Assembly: GCA_963727805.1 (NCBI GenBank) | Contig: CAVSHF010000003.1 | Coordinates: forward strand, 1,696,001-1,760,000 | Source: an uncultured Nitrospiraceae bacterium | Lineage (GTDB): Bacteria > Nitrospirota > Thermodesulfovibrionia > Thermodesulfovibrionales > Dissulfurispiraceae | Direction: 5' to 3' | DNA length: 64,000 bases | In this document: positions 25,498-35,540 of the stretch, in pieces | Layout of the letters: the number at the start of each line of letters is the position of its first letter | Position numbering within the stretch: the stretch's first letter is position 1 | Translations under genes and position numbers: made by a program | The notes under the pieces: generated by a model | Seen by the model: only the letters and a program-made list of their open reading frames with translations | Database searches by the model: none | What the model was told of the DNA's origin: nothing

Positions 25498-26263
25498 TTA
25501 TTTGTACCTCCTGTCTCTGGACACTGCCGCACACTTTACAGCCCTCACTCCTGTGAATATTGAATTTCCTGAACTCCATGCCCGCAGCATCGATATAAAT
25601 CATTTTGTAAAGCAGGGCTTCACGAAACCCTATCAACAATTTGAGTGTCTCAACAGCCATTAAACAGCCAAGCATGCCCGAAACAGCCCCCAACACGGGA
25701 AACCCCATTTCCTCCCAAGCGGGATCGTCCTCGGGATATAGACAACTAAGGCATGGCGTCTTGCCCGGGATAACGTTGAAGAGATATCCTTCCATGCCAT
25801 TCATTGCGGCCTCAACCATAGGGATTCCTTTTCGAACGCATCCCTTGTTAAGTGCCCTTCTCTCCTGAAAGGCGGGCCGGGCGGAGAGCGCTATGTCGAC
25901 CCCCACGAGTAAGGCGTCTATGTTATCGTCAGTTGTACGTGCATCCCATATCTCAACTTCCACATCAGGATTGATCTCTTTGATAGTCTTTTTTGCCTGG
26001 ATAACACGACTGTTACCGATCCAGTCATGCTTCATAAGGATCTGACGATTCATATTCGAGAGTGTCAGATCTCCATGATGTACAATAATCATTTTTCCGA
26101 TACCCGCAACAGCTAGGTAAACGGCAGCAGTGCCACCGAGTCCTCCGATCCCTGCTATAAGAGCGCTAGAATCCTTCAGCTTCTGTTGGTGCTCATTCGA
26201 AAAACCCGAGAGCATCATCTGCCTTCGATAGCGTTCCATTTCACGCAGACTTAAAGCATCCAT
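25478..26263 (-). CDS. hesA: HesA/MoeB/ThiF-family adenylyltransferase in the nif cluster
   Basis: RYRRQ, GIGGLG, SNMNRQIL, TPCLSC, FPVLGAVSG, CKVC. Confidence 0.88.
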   Translation of the reverse strand: MDALSLREMERYRRQMMLSGFSNEHQQKLKDSSALIAGIGGLGGTAAVYLAVAGIGKMIIVHHGDLTLSNMNRQILMKHDWIGNSRVIQAKKTIKEINPDVEVEIWDARTTDDNIDALLVGVDIALSARPAFQERRALNKGCVRKGIPMVEAAMNGMEGYLFNVIPGKTPCLSCLYPEDDPAWEEMGFPVLGAVSGMLGCLMAVETLKLLIGFREALLYKMIYIDAAGMEFRKFNIHRSEGCKVCGSVQRQEVQINERKRE

Positions 26264-26315
26264 TGCAACAACAACCTCCAGGCCTCACATATAACTTTAA
26301 TTGCCATCGTTATTC

Positions 26316-26492
26316 TCACGTAGCTGATAAAACCACGATCTTCGAAATATAAAGCCCAAACACGAGACTACCCCAAGCAATAAGAGCTATATAGGTAGCA
26401 ATCTCGCCTTTTTCACAAACATCAGACCTTCTGGCAATCATCAGCGAAATCATAAACACTAGCAGTCCGAAAACTAACACGCACGTAATCAT
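26316..26492 (-). CDS. 58-aa two-TM membrane protein inside the nifB operon
   Basis: GAGGAGG RBS; MITCVLVFGLLVFMISLMIARRSDVCEKGEIATYIALIAWGSLVFGLYISKIVVLSAT. Confidence 0.6.
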   Translation of the reverse strand: MITCVLVFGLLVFMISLMIARRSDVCEKGEIATYIALIAWGSLVFGLYISKIVVLSAT

Positions 26493-26539
26493 TGTTTACC
26501 TCCTCAGTGTTAACATGTATCAATGCTTATGAGTTATTT

Positions 26540-26677
26540 TCACATCATTAAAGATCTGAACCCCAGACACGCCGCGGATAAAAGCGCGCGGAGAACAAGT
26601 GCCTCTCGTGAGAAAAGGGTCAGGGTCATAATCGTAATAGCCACGTACTTGCAGTTCAACAAACAACCGCTCAGCAT
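26540..26677 (-). CDS. Possible 45-aa hydrophobic peptide right after nifB
   Basis: AGGAGG overlapping the nifB stop; MLSGCLLNCKYVAITIMTLTLFSREALVLRALLSAACLGFRSLMM. Confidence 0.35.
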   Translation of the reverse strand: MLSGCLLNCKYVAITIMTLTLFSREALVLRALLSAACLGFRSLMM

Positions 26678-26687
26678 AGTAGCCTCC

Positions 26688-27581
26688 TTAATTACACATT
26701 TCGTATTCCTCGCCTATCATTGCCGCGAGCACTTCAAGTTCCATGTCCTTATCCTCGCCGATTGTCCCACATGCGTCAGCCCGACATTGCCTACAGTGCG
26801 TCATCTGCTCCACGTATGGACTGCATTCTCGGCGCAGAGAGTTGATCAATTCTGGCTTCGGCCTTTCCATGCCACCAAATTCTGCTTGAGGAATCAAGGG
26901 TAAGATATTCATTATATCAGCTCCCCTGGTACCCGCAAGCCTTGCGATAATTGGGATGTCTGTATCGTTGATACCAGGGATCAAAACGGTATTGACCTTC
27001 ACCGCCAGCCCTGCATCAACTGCATTGAAAAGACCCCTCCACTGATTCGCATAAAGGAGCTCCGCGGCTTCCTTTCCCGTATATCTCTTACCTCTGTATA
27101 CAACCCAGGAATAGATCTTTTCTGCCGTTTCGGGTATGGCCGTATTAATGGTTATAGTTATACTCCTTACTCCTGATTTCATAAGGTCTTCCAGCCTGTC
27201 TGTGAGATATAGTCCGTTAGTTGAAGCACAAAGGATCAGATCGGGAAATTCCCTCCTAATTAACCTGAAGGTCTCAAAAGTCTCTTCATTAGCCAGAGGA
27301 TCACCAGGGCCAGCTATCCCAACTACACTGAGGCGCTCGTTTCTCTCCACCAGAAACCTGACCCTGTCAATAGCCTCTTCGGGTGTCAGCACGGTGCTTG
27401 TAACACCAGGTCTCGATTCATGAGCGCAGTCATATTCTCGTCTGCAATACTTGCACTGAATATTGCAAGCTGGAGCAACCGGCAGATGGATCCGCCCAAA
27501 GCGGTGATGAGCTTCTTTAGAGAAGCAGGGGTGGTTCTGCACAATTTTTTTCATTTTGGGTGGTGCCGCATATTCTTTCAT
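26688..27581 (-). CDS. nifB: NifB, radical-SAM-only form (no NifX-like domain)
   Basis: HPC, CNIQCKYC, ESRP, AGPGD, TITIN, CRQCRADA. Confidence 0.93.
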   Translation of the reverse strand: MKEYAAPPKMKKIVQNHPCFSKEAHHRFGRIHLPVAPACNIQCKYCRREYDCAHESRPGVTSTVLTPEEAIDRVRFLVERNERLSVVGIAGPGDPLANEETFETFRLIRREFPDLILCASTNGLYLTDRLEDLMKSGVRSITITINTAIPETAEKIYSWVVYRGKRYTGKEAAELLYANQWRGLFNAVDAGLAVKVNTVLIPGINDTDIPIIARLAGTRGADIMNILPLIPQAEFGGMERPKPELINSLRRECSPYVEQMTHCRQCRADACGTIGEDKDMELEVLAAMIGEEYEMCN

Positions 27582-27626
27582 AATTTCCTCTCTGCATCGA
27601 TTGAAATAAATTTACTATTGTTGAAA

Positions 27627-27659
27627 TGCAATACAGATGCCACATGTAAGTGTCTGATA
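27627..27659 (-). promoter_or_regulatory. sigma54 promoter of nifB with IHF-like site
   Basis: TGGC-atctgta-TTGCA (27642-27627); TATCAGacacTTA (27659-27647). Confidence 0.8.
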
Positions 27660-27871
27660 ATATTACATCTCGTCGTGTGCTTATATTACTAATATGTCCT
27701 ATTTATAACTTTTTTGTATTCTTTTTTTTGAGCTTCCCAAGTTGGGCCATTTTTCTAAGGTAGGGCTAAAGTCAGCTACGTGAGACAAAGAATATCGCTA
27801 AAGTAGGCGCGCAGACATAGCGCAAAGATCCGGTATCGCAAGCAATCACAAGATTCTTAATATTGAGGAAT

Positions 27872-29110
27872 TTATGGAGTTACAGTGAGTATCCTGGCTA
27901 CAATATCGGGGAAATCAGCAATCAATTTCAATTCATCGTCCATCAGTGGTTTTTGAGTATGAATATTTGCATACTGGACAAGACTTAGTATTTTCCTAGC
28001 CTCGCCATCATTACGAAAGTTGATACCGAGTTTGCTATACACGTGTCTAAAGCCTTTAATGCCGCTGTAAGCCCCGGTTGTAATGATTCTCCCAGTTTCA
28101 AAAAGTTCAGGCATTCCCCTCCCGATGGCCTCAGGGGCGTAAAGCTCATAACTTCGTCGGTCCTTGAGCGTGCCATCTGCATGAATCCCTGATTCATGGG
28201 CAAATGCGTTTGCACCGACACCGGGTTGATTCAACGGAATCGGAATATTAAATGCGTGCGATGCATACCTCGCTATCTTCCATGACTGCACCAAGTCGAT
28301 AGACTCGTCACAAAATACCTTATTTTTCAGATCAGATGAGTACTTTAATGCCAGCAGCACAGAAACTAAATCACAGTTGCCAGCACGCTCGCCGTAACCG
28401 TTGATCGTGGTATTTATATAGGCATCATACCCTCTTTCCGTCGCGCCCTGAGCTCCTGCAATCGAAACGGCGACTGCCATGCCGATGTCATTGTGGCAGT
28501 GTAACTCAACGGGTAGCCCAGTAGCGCCAGTGATTGCCTTAATCTTTTCATAAATGGCCAGAGGTTCATCTGCGCCAAGCGTATCACTATACCTGAAACG
28601 CACCGCGCCTGCTTCCTTACCTGCCATGACAAACTCAATAAGTTTATCAAGTTCGGTCCTCGAAGCGTCTTCAGCGCTAATAGCCAGCGTCTCCACCCCC
28701 TTTTCCTTAGCCGACAATACGGTTGCAACAAGCAATTTGACGATATCCTTCCAAGTTTTCCTGCCTTGAAACTTTGCTTTGATCATGATGTCCGACGTGG
28801 GAAGCGAAACATTAAGGTGCCTGATTGTCGGACAATTCTTGAATGTCAACTCTATGTCCTCCGGAATTGCACGGCACCATCCTTCAAGACGCAATCTCTT
28901 AATACCCCCCACCCTAGCCAACTCGAGGTTAGCATTAATGTAATTTGCTTCATGGCTCAATGCAGGGAAGCCCATCTCGCTCTGGTACACTCCCATCTGG
29001 TCAAGATAGATATTGATCATTGTTTTTGAGAGCTTAGGCAATAGAATCCGTGACGCCTGGACGGCATCTCGGTTCGTCACATCAATTATGTAGACTTTGT
29101 TGTTCATCAT
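27872..29110 (-). CDS. nifV: Homocitrate synthase (start uncertain, 29107-29146)
   Basis: IIDVTNRDAVQ, ELHCHNDIGMAVA, GYGERAGN, FAHESGIHADG; nif context. Confidence 0.88.
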   Translation of the reverse strand: MMNNKVYIIDVTNRDAVQASRILLPKLSKTMINIYLDQMGVYQSEMGFPALSHEANYINANLELARVGGIKRLRLEGWCRAIPEDIELTFKNCPTIRHLNVSLPTSDIMIKAKFQGRKTWKDIVKLLVATVLSAKEKGVETLAISAEDASRTELDKLIEFVMAGKEAGAVRFRYSDTLGADEPLAIYEKIKAITGATGLPVELHCHNDIGMAVAVSIAGAQGATERGYDAYINTTINGYGERAGNCDLVSVLLALKYSSDLKNKVFCDESIDLVQSWKIARYASHAFNIPIPLNQPGVGANAFAHESGIHADGTLKDRRSYELYAPEAIGRGMPELFETGRIITTGAYSGIKGFRHVYSKLGINFRNDGEARKILSLVQYANIHTQKPLMDDELKLIADFPDIVARILTVTP

Positions 29111-29140
29111 ACCGTTCATTAAAGTATATGGTTTCATATA

Positions 29141-29622
29141 ATGCAAAAAAAGGCGCTACAGCAGTCACACACTCGCCAGCCGATCCTAATGCACTCAGGC
29201 TACACTTAGTTCAGGTCACCAAATATCGCCGTAAGGTACTGACGGAGAAAATCCTCAAGTACCTGCAAAAGGCCTTCGCCGAGATACGTGAGGCCTCCGC
29301 ATTGCTAACTGATCGACGTTGGAGGCGAAGATGATCATATCCATCTTCTGATAGAAAGACACCCCGCTCTTAACATCGCCACCCTGATCAATAACCTTAA
29401 GTCAGACAACTCTAAAAGGGTTCGTAACAACTTCCCTCAGCACATCGCTTTATTTTACTGGAAACCCAACTTCTGGGACAGAGCATACTTTGTTGGCAGT
29501 GTTGGTAATGTAATCTTTGAGACTATCAGACAATATGTCCAACAGCAAGGCACCAAAGAACTTCCGCAAAAAACAAAATCCACAGCATCCCCCCTGCTAG
29601 CGTAAGCCAGGAGGGGGAATGC
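29141..29622 (+). pseudogene. tnpA: Frameshifted IS200/IS605 TnpA (Y1 HUH transposase) with terminal hairpin
   Basis: One frame gives LHLVQVTKYRRKVL; another gives EDDHIHLL...NNLKS...FWDRAYFVGSVG...IRQYVQQQ; hairpin gcatcccccct..aggagggggaatgc at 29585-29622. Confidence 0.88.
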
Positions 29623-29634
29623 GCAGCAATGAGT

Positions 29635-29913
29635 TCAAATCTCAATGTGGATATGGCATTTCTTTGTACAGGTCCGAGAACATGCCTCACAGCCAATACA
29701 CTTTTCGGCATGAGCGACAGACATAACTTTGTTGCCCATATCGTCACCAAACTCGTCATTACCCTCAAACGGCTTTTCGATCAGCTCGAGGACTTCCCTG
29801 CTGCATACCTTGTAGCAGCGGCCGCAACCAATACACTTATTGACATCAATCGATTCTATGAATTTGGGGACCCAAACTTCTCCTCCCCTAGTATATCCCA
29901 TCATGGTCGCCAT
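29635..29913 (-). CDS. fdxB: nif-specific 2[4Fe-4S] ferredoxin III
   Basis: TRGG..W.P, CIGCGRCYKVC, CIGCEACSRTC. Confidence 0.9.
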   Translation of the reverse strand: MATMMGYTRGGEVWVPKFIESIDVNKCIGCGRCYKVCSREVLELIEKPFEGNDEFGDDMGNKVMSVAHAEKCIGCEACSRTCTKKCHIHIEI

Positions 29914-30087
29914 ATTGCCTCCTTTCCTGCACTGACATTTCCATTATTAATTCTTTTGGCGAAACTTCAAAATACTTGTCATCTCTACTCAGGGCAGCGA
30001 TGCCCCGTCAGAAACATCCTGAACGATGTATACTGTCCTTCATGTAGCGAGTAATACTCGGCTATCCTGCAGTTTTCTGCAATTTGG

Positions 30088-30504
30088 CTAAGCTATTGCT
30101 AAATCGCCCTGTTCTCCGGTTCTCACGCGAGATGCGCTATCGATAGGACAGACAAATATCTTTCCGTCTCCAGGCTTACCAGTCTTGTTGACCTGTATTA
30201 TCTCATTGACTACTTTGCTTGCCATATCGTCCGGTACGATGATCGTCAAAAGTCGCTTCGGAACGTAGAGCGCCACCTTTGGTAGAGTATGTTCAAGGGC
30301 ATAAGACGATGGCGTCGCCTTCAATTTAACCGTGGTGCAGTAGCTGTCAGGCAACTCCGAATCCATCTCAGCGCACATGGCCCCCTTCTGTTTTCCCCTT
30401 CCTTCAACGCTCTGTATCGTAAGGGATGGCAAGCCAAGTTCTTCCAGCACCCTCTTCGTGTCCGGAAGCTTATCCCGCCTGATAATTGCCATAACCTCTT
30501 TCAT
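30088..30504 (-). CDS. nifI2: PII-family nitrogenase regulator NifI2
   Basis: MKEVMAIIR, GRGKQ, long T-loop, PKRLL, GDGKIFV, RVRTGE. Confidence 0.88.
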   Translation of the reverse strand: MKEVMAIIRRDKLPDTKRVLEELGLPSLTIQSVEGRGKQKGAMCAEMDSELPDSYCTTVKLKATPSSYALEHTLPKVALYVPKRLLTIIVPDDMASKVVNEIIQVNKTGKPGDGKIFVCPIDSASRVRTGEQGDLAIA

Positions 30505-30818
30505 AGGCCAGCCTCCCCTGTTCTTATTGTGTAGGCATTATCGACCGGACTTACAAATATTTTTCCATCCCCTATAAATCCTGACCTAGCCTTGTCCTGG
30601 ATAATCTTGACCACCTTGTCAGCATCTTCGTCATCGATCACAGTCATGATCAGCGTCTTAGGTAGTTCATCGTAATGGAGCGGTCCAACTTGCAGTCCTT
30701 TCTGCTTACCCCTTCCAAAGACTGGCATCTTGGTAAGTGAAGGGAATCCGGCACCTTCGAGTGCCAGCACCACCTCCTGCTCTTTTTCAGGTCTAATAAA
30801 AGCCCTTATCATTTTCAT
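30501..30818 (-). CDS. nifI1: PII-family nitrogenase regulator NifI1
   Basis: MKMIRAFIRPEK, GRGKQKG, YDELPK, GDGKIFV; overlaps nifI2 by 4 nt. Confidence 0.9.
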   Translation of the reverse strand: MKMIRAFIRPEKEQEVVLALEGAGFPSLTKMPVFGRGKQKGLQVGPLHYDELPKTLIMTVIDDEDADKVVKIIQDKARSGFIGDGKIFVSPVDNAYTIRTGEAGL

Positions 30819-30914
30819 TGTGTCTGTCCTCCTCAATAGTTGTGATTGCGCTATGCATTTTTTTTATTATGTCTTGCCTGGCCTGCCTATCGTAATGCCT
30901 GAACACAAGCCTCA

Positions 30915-31313
30915 TTAGCGATTCATGCCCAAAGCTTTTTTTAGCCACGGCGGAGGCGAGACCTTGACCGTTTCGAGCAGTCTCTTCATAGACTCCTCGA
31001 TGGTAACTTCCTCTTTCACCTTCACCGGCATAATTCCTTTCTTTATCAGCCGCGCTGCTGACGGCCCCCCGATCTCGGTGAGATAGATGATCTTGCAGTC
31101 GGCAAGTCTATTCACCTTGGCCTGAACTCGGTCATCGTGTAACTCCCCCAGTCCCCTTGTCTCGACAATCGTCTCATCAACTCCGTCAGCGAATTTTCTC
31201 AGTTCAATAAAACTGTATTCTTCGGGTGTCAATTCATATACAGCAAACGCACCTGCCCTGCCGAAATGCTCGTCTACATTGATACCGTCTGTTGTTGCAA
31301 AGGCTACCTTCAT
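30915..31313 (-). CDS. nifX: NifX
   Basis: MKVAFATTDG..VDEHFG, IGGPSAARL, PPPWLKKAL. Confidence 0.92.
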   Translation of the reverse strand: MKVAFATTDGINVDEHFGRAGAFAVYELTPEEYSFIELRKFADGVDETIVETRGLGELHDDRVQAKVNRLADCKIIYLTEIGGPSAARLIKKGIMPVKVKEEVTIEESMKRLLETVKVSPPPWLKKALGMNR

Positions 31314-31334
31314 ATCGTACCTCCTTCAGCCCAT

Positions 31335-33938
31335 TCAGTGGGCTGCAATCATTAAATTCCCCAACTCGTTGACTATGCCGAGTGTTCCCGAGTACCCGAT
31401 CGTCACCCTTGCCGCAATCCCCAGGAGTTTATAGACCGGAAACCCTGCATGATACAAGGGGATCTTCAACCTCTTCGCCGTCTCCTGGGCGTGCGAGTTA
31501 GATATTAAGATATCTATGCCGTCTCCGACAGACTGCAGATCACCTACAATCACCTCGTCAGCAATGAGATGTACTGCAGATGGAACAGAATAAGGAATCA
31601 CCGCTTGTTTCACCACCACACCCGCTTCATCGAGCATCCTTGAAAGTGCTATAGACAGATCGGGTTCCAGCGCAAGGCACGCCCTTTTGCCACCGAGATA
31701 GAAATGGGCGTCTCGCATACCATCGATAAGGATGCTCCTCTTCCGCTGATATTTCCCAGGCATCGGCCTGCCGCTCAACATAGAGAGTGCCTCCATGAAC
31801 GAATCGGTGTCCCGCATTCCGATGAGACCTCTGAAAACCCGGTATTCCATACCAAATTGCTCCTTCAGTTTTATGGATGGAAGCTCCATTGAAGCGCCTA
31901 TTGCGATGGTAAATTCTGAATTGGCCGCTACCCTCAAGTCGTCGACAGTCGTTCCCCCAATGGCCAATGCCGATACCCCTTTTCTGCTGCCGTCAAGGGC
32001 AGCGAGATCAGGAATTATAATCGGCCTCAGGCCGAAGGACTCGATCATCTCCCGAAGTTCGGTGAAATCCGCAGGCGTGAGGTGAGAGCCCGCCAGAACA
32101 TTGACCTGTCCGTTTTCCAGGTGAGTCTTTTCACTCTTATTAATCGATGCAACAAGGGCCTCGACCGCCTTGGCGTATCCGGTTTCCAACCCCCCTGCAT
32201 AATCGGGGGTGGAAACATGAACAATTACTGTGTCATGCGTTCCATCGAGCATCTTGAGGGTGCCCGGCAGATCATCTCCCTTTGCCTCTGAGAGCCCTGT
32301 CGTGAGAATGCCTATGACATCCGGAGAATTATTTCCGATCAGACCCTCGACAGCACTGACGGCGTTCTCCTCGCTGCCCATTACCACATTTTCGACAAAA
32401 AGTTTCGAACTCACCATCGCAACGGGCTCGCGGAAATGGGCGCTCAGCAATACCTTTCCGAGGAAGTTACATCCTTGGGCGCCATGGATTACCGGCACGG
32501 CACGGTCAATACCCTGGAACGCCATTGCAGCGCCAATCGCCTGGGAATGCTTCAACGGATTAATGAGCACGTCACTCGTCAGCCTTTTAACTGCTGCCTC
32601 CTGAGCAGGTGTATTGCTATGCTCGCCCGTGACTCTTGTTTTCTCATAGAACCTTATGGCGTTGCTCAAATCATCAGCGATATTGACGAGCCCTTCGTAG
32701 CCCGCATACGGTCGGTGCCTCTCCTGGTTGACGTCGATGAAAGGATATCCTTCTTTAACCCCGAGATACTTATTCCTGCCGCCCGCTACGAGCATATCGG
32801 CATTATGTTTCTGCAGCAGCGTGAGAAGGTTTTTCGGCGTAACGTCCTCGACGAGAGGCGCGTCAGGGCCGAGTATCGCTTTCATCTTTTCCTCATCCTC
32901 GAAGGTGCTCTTCTTAGTCCCCACGGCAACGACCTCGATGCCGAGGTCAAGGAGTGCCGAGATGAATGACCAGCTCTTTACGCCGCCGGTATAGAGCACA
33001 GCCCTTTTCCCCCGCAGGTGTCGGTACGGCTTCAATCTTTCTTTGAGACTGAGTTCCTCCTTTGCAATGACCTCTTCAATTCTATCCGCCACATCGGACG
33101 CCGCATAGTGCATCATGAATTTTTCACCTATGGCCCGCAAAGACTTGGACATCTCGGTTTTGCCAAAAAAAGATACCTCAGCGTAAGGGATGCCATACCT
33201 CTTCTCCATCTCTTTCGCAACGTTGATCAGAGCGCGACTGCAGACCATGACATTAAGCCTTGCGCGATGGGCATAAGTAATCTCTTCGAAAGTCGAGTCG
33301 CCCGTAATCCTCGAAAGCACCCTGATACCGGCCTTTTTGAGCACCGGTTCAACGAGCCAGAGATCCCCGGCGATGTTATATTCTCCGATTAGATTGATAT
33401 CGTATTCCGAAACATCCTCAGCCTCGCCGGTACCGATCACGTGCTCCAGGAGCACCTCTCCCGCAATCCGGTTGCCCAGGTTTTTAGGTCCCACAAAGCC
33501 GGGAGCATTCACCGGGATAACCCGTATGCCGAGTTCGCCCTCGGCCTTTTTGCAAACGGCTTCAATGTTTTCACCGATCAAGCCGCTTACGCATGTTGCA
33601 TGAACGAATATCGCCTTCGGATTTACGGCATCGTTTATCTTAATGATGGCACGATAGAGTTTCTCTTCCGACCCGTAGATAATGTCGAGTTCCTGCATAT
33701 CGGTGGTAAATCCCCATTTATGAAGATCACCCTTCGACGACAGGGTCCCCCTTCCTTCCCACGAATTGCCGCAGCAAGCGATAGGTCCATGGACGATGTG
33801 AGCCGCATCGGCGATGGGCTGAAGCACAATCATCGCTCCATCAAAAGCGCATGACTCTCCACCCCGTGCCCGACAGAGCTTTTCTCTCTGTTCGTGCTCG
33901 CAGCCGCTATTGAGCAATTTGTCCACATTCGCAAACAT
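31335..33938 (-). CDS. nifEN: Fused NifEN scaffold
   Basis: NifE half (ESCAFDGA, HGPIAC, YTGGVKSWS, NQER) continues without a stop into the NifN half (NPLKHSQAIGA, HGAQGC, HFREP). Confidence 0.95.
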   Translation of the reverse strand: MFANVDKLLNSGCEHEQREKLCRARGGESCAFDGAMIVLQPIADAAHIVHGPIACCGNSWEGRGTLSSKGDLHKWGFTTDMQELDIIYGSEEKLYRAIIKINDAVNPKAIFVHATCVSGLIGENIEAVCKKAEGELGIRVIPVNAPGFVGPKNLGNRIAGEVLLEHVIGTGEAEDVSEYDINLIGEYNIAGDLWLVEPVLKKAGIRVLSRITGDSTFEEITYAHRARLNVMVCSRALINVAKEMEKRYGIPYAEVSFFGKTEMSKSLRAIGEKFMMHYAASDVADRIEEVIAKEELSLKERLKPYRHLRGKRAVLYTGGVKSWSFISALLDLGIEVVAVGTKKSTFEDEEKMKAILGPDAPLVEDVTPKNLLTLLQKHNADMLVAGGRNKYLGVKEGYPFIDVNQERHRPYAGYEGLVNIADDLSNAIRFYEKTRVTGEHSNTPAQEAAVKRLTSDVLINPLKHSQAIGAAMAFQGIDRAVPVIHGAQGCNFLGKVLLSAHFREPVAMVSSKLFVENVVMGSEENAVSAVEGLIGNNSPDVIGILTTGLSEAKGDDLPGTLKMLDGTHDTVIVHVSTPDYAGGLETGYAKAVEALVASINKSEKTHLENGQVNVLAGSHLTPADFTELREMIESFGLRPIIIPDLAALDGSRKGVSALAIGGTTVDDLRVAANSEFTIAIGASMELPSIKLKEQFGMEYRVFRGLIGMRDTDSFMEALSMLSGRPMPGKYQRKRSILIDGMRDAHFYLGGKRACLALEPDLSIALSRMLDEAGVVVKQAVIPYSVPSAVHLIADEVIVGDLQSVGDGIDILISNSHAQETAKRLKIPLYHAGFPVYKLLGIAARVTIGYSGTLGIVNELGNLMIAAH

Positions 33939-33995
33939 GATATTCTCCGTTTTAGTGTTCGTCTGGATGCCCGTATTGCACTACGCCCCTGAATG

Positions 33996-35510
33996 TCATC
34001 TTATGACATCAAAGCTAGTTGTATTAATCGTTGCACGATCAAGTTCATCCAGCACGGTGTTCACAATCGAGGTCACTATGTTCAGCGCGCCCTGGTAACC
34101 GATAATCGGGTACCTGTGCAGATGGTGCCTGTCAAAAAGCGGGAAGCCGAACCGGATTAGCGGTGTACCCGTGTCACGCCATAGAGACTTGCAGTATGAA
34201 TTGCCTATCAGCAGGTCCACCGGATCGGTAAACATCAGCGAGCGCAGGTGCCAGAGATCTTTGTTTATGTAAACTTTGCCCTCGGCACCATAAGGGCTTG
34301 AAGCGAGCAGTGCCCTTGCCTCTTCCTCGAATGCCTTGTCACCATTGGTGCAGATGATATGCACCGGCTCTCCACCCATCTCCAGGATGATGCTGATGAG
34401 CCCAAGCAGCAGGTCCGGATCTCCCGCCAGCGCAAAGCGCTTGCCATGCACATATGGGTGAGAGTCGACCATCGCGTCGACAAGGCGACCGCGCTCGTCT
34501 TCCAATGTCTGCGGCACCGGTTTACCGGTGATATGGCTCAGGCCCTCAAGAAACTCGTCGGTATTTCTGACGCCGACCGGTATTTTCACCAGCGTCTTCT
34601 GATTCCACCCTTTGTTGATAAAGTCCATAGTCTTAAGAGTCGAATATTTCTGGAGCGCCACCGTCGCCATGGCATTTATCGAATCCATAGTATCCTCTAT
34701 TGTCGTGAGGCCGCGATAGATCTTCGCCTGACCTGTGTTGGGCGCATCGAAGGAATCGCTGACATCCGCAAGCGTTGTATACTTTACATCCATCATGTCC
34801 AGCATTCGCTTGATCTCCCGGTAATTGCCCGTGTAGGGATCAAACCCGGCAATGATGTTCACCTTGCCGTTCGGCTCGCCCTGCTTACCTGTTGTGAGCG
34901 TTTTGATGATGCTCCTCATCATATTGTCGTATCCAGTAATATGGGAGCCGACAAAACTCGGTGTATTCGCATAAGGCGTCAACAACTCGGGAGGGATGAT
35001 GCCCTTTTCCTTTGCGCCCTTGGTGTAGGCGTTCAGGTCGTCGCCAATAACCTCGGCTATGCAGCTCGTAAAGATCGCCATCATCTTGGGCTTATAGAGT
35101 GCATAGGCGTTTTCCAGACCCTCGGTCATGTTGTTCAGGCCTCCGAAGACCGCTGCATCCTCCGTCATTGAGGATGAGACCGCCTGCACCGGCTCCTTGA
35201 AGTGGCGATTCAGATGGCTGCGAAAATAGGCCACACAGCCCTGGGCTCCCTGACAAAATGGCAGCGTATTTTCAAACCCCAGCGCGCAATAGAGTGCCCC
35301 CAGAGGCTGACAAGCCTTAACAGGGTTGATCTTGATATGCTGACGCGCAAAGTTCTTCTCCTTATATTCTTCGGTCTTTGTCCATTCCGAGATCTTCTGC
35401 ACCTCTTCGGTCGTCGGGCAACACTCGAACTCTTTTTTCCGCTCGAACTGTTCCTGGTACTCAGGCTCCAGGAATAATTCGCTGTGATCTTTTATTTTCA
35501 GTTTTATCAT
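33996..35510 (-). CDS. nifK: Nitrogenase MoFe protein beta chain
   Basis: NPVKACQPLGA, QGCVAYFR, SSSMTEDAAVFGG, TPSF, GFPLFDRHH. Confidence 0.97.
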   Translation of the reverse strand: MIKLKIKDHSELFLEPEYQEQFERKKEFECCPTTEEVQKISEWTKTEEYKEKNFARQHIKINPVKACQPLGALYCALGFENTLPFCQGAQGCVAYFRSHLNRHFKEPVQAVSSSMTEDAAVFGGLNNMTEGLENAYALYKPKMMAIFTSCIAEVIGDDLNAYTKGAKEKGIIPPELLTPYANTPSFVGSHITGYDNMMRSIIKTLTTGKQGEPNGKVNIIAGFDPYTGNYREIKRMLDMMDVKYTTLADVSDSFDAPNTGQAKIYRGLTTIEDTMDSINAMATVALQKYSTLKTMDFINKGWNQKTLVKIPVGVRNTDEFLEGLSHITGKPVPQTLEDERGRLVDAMVDSHPYVHGKRFALAGDPDLLLGLISIILEMGGEPVHIICTNGDKAFEEEARALLASSPYGAEGKVYINKDLWHLRSLMFTDPVDLLIGNSYCKSLWRDTGTPLIRFGFPLFDRHHLHRYPIIGYQGALNIVTSIVNTVLDELDRATINTTSFDVIR

Positions 35511-35540
35511 AATATCCTCCCATGCGTACTTAAAATCGTC

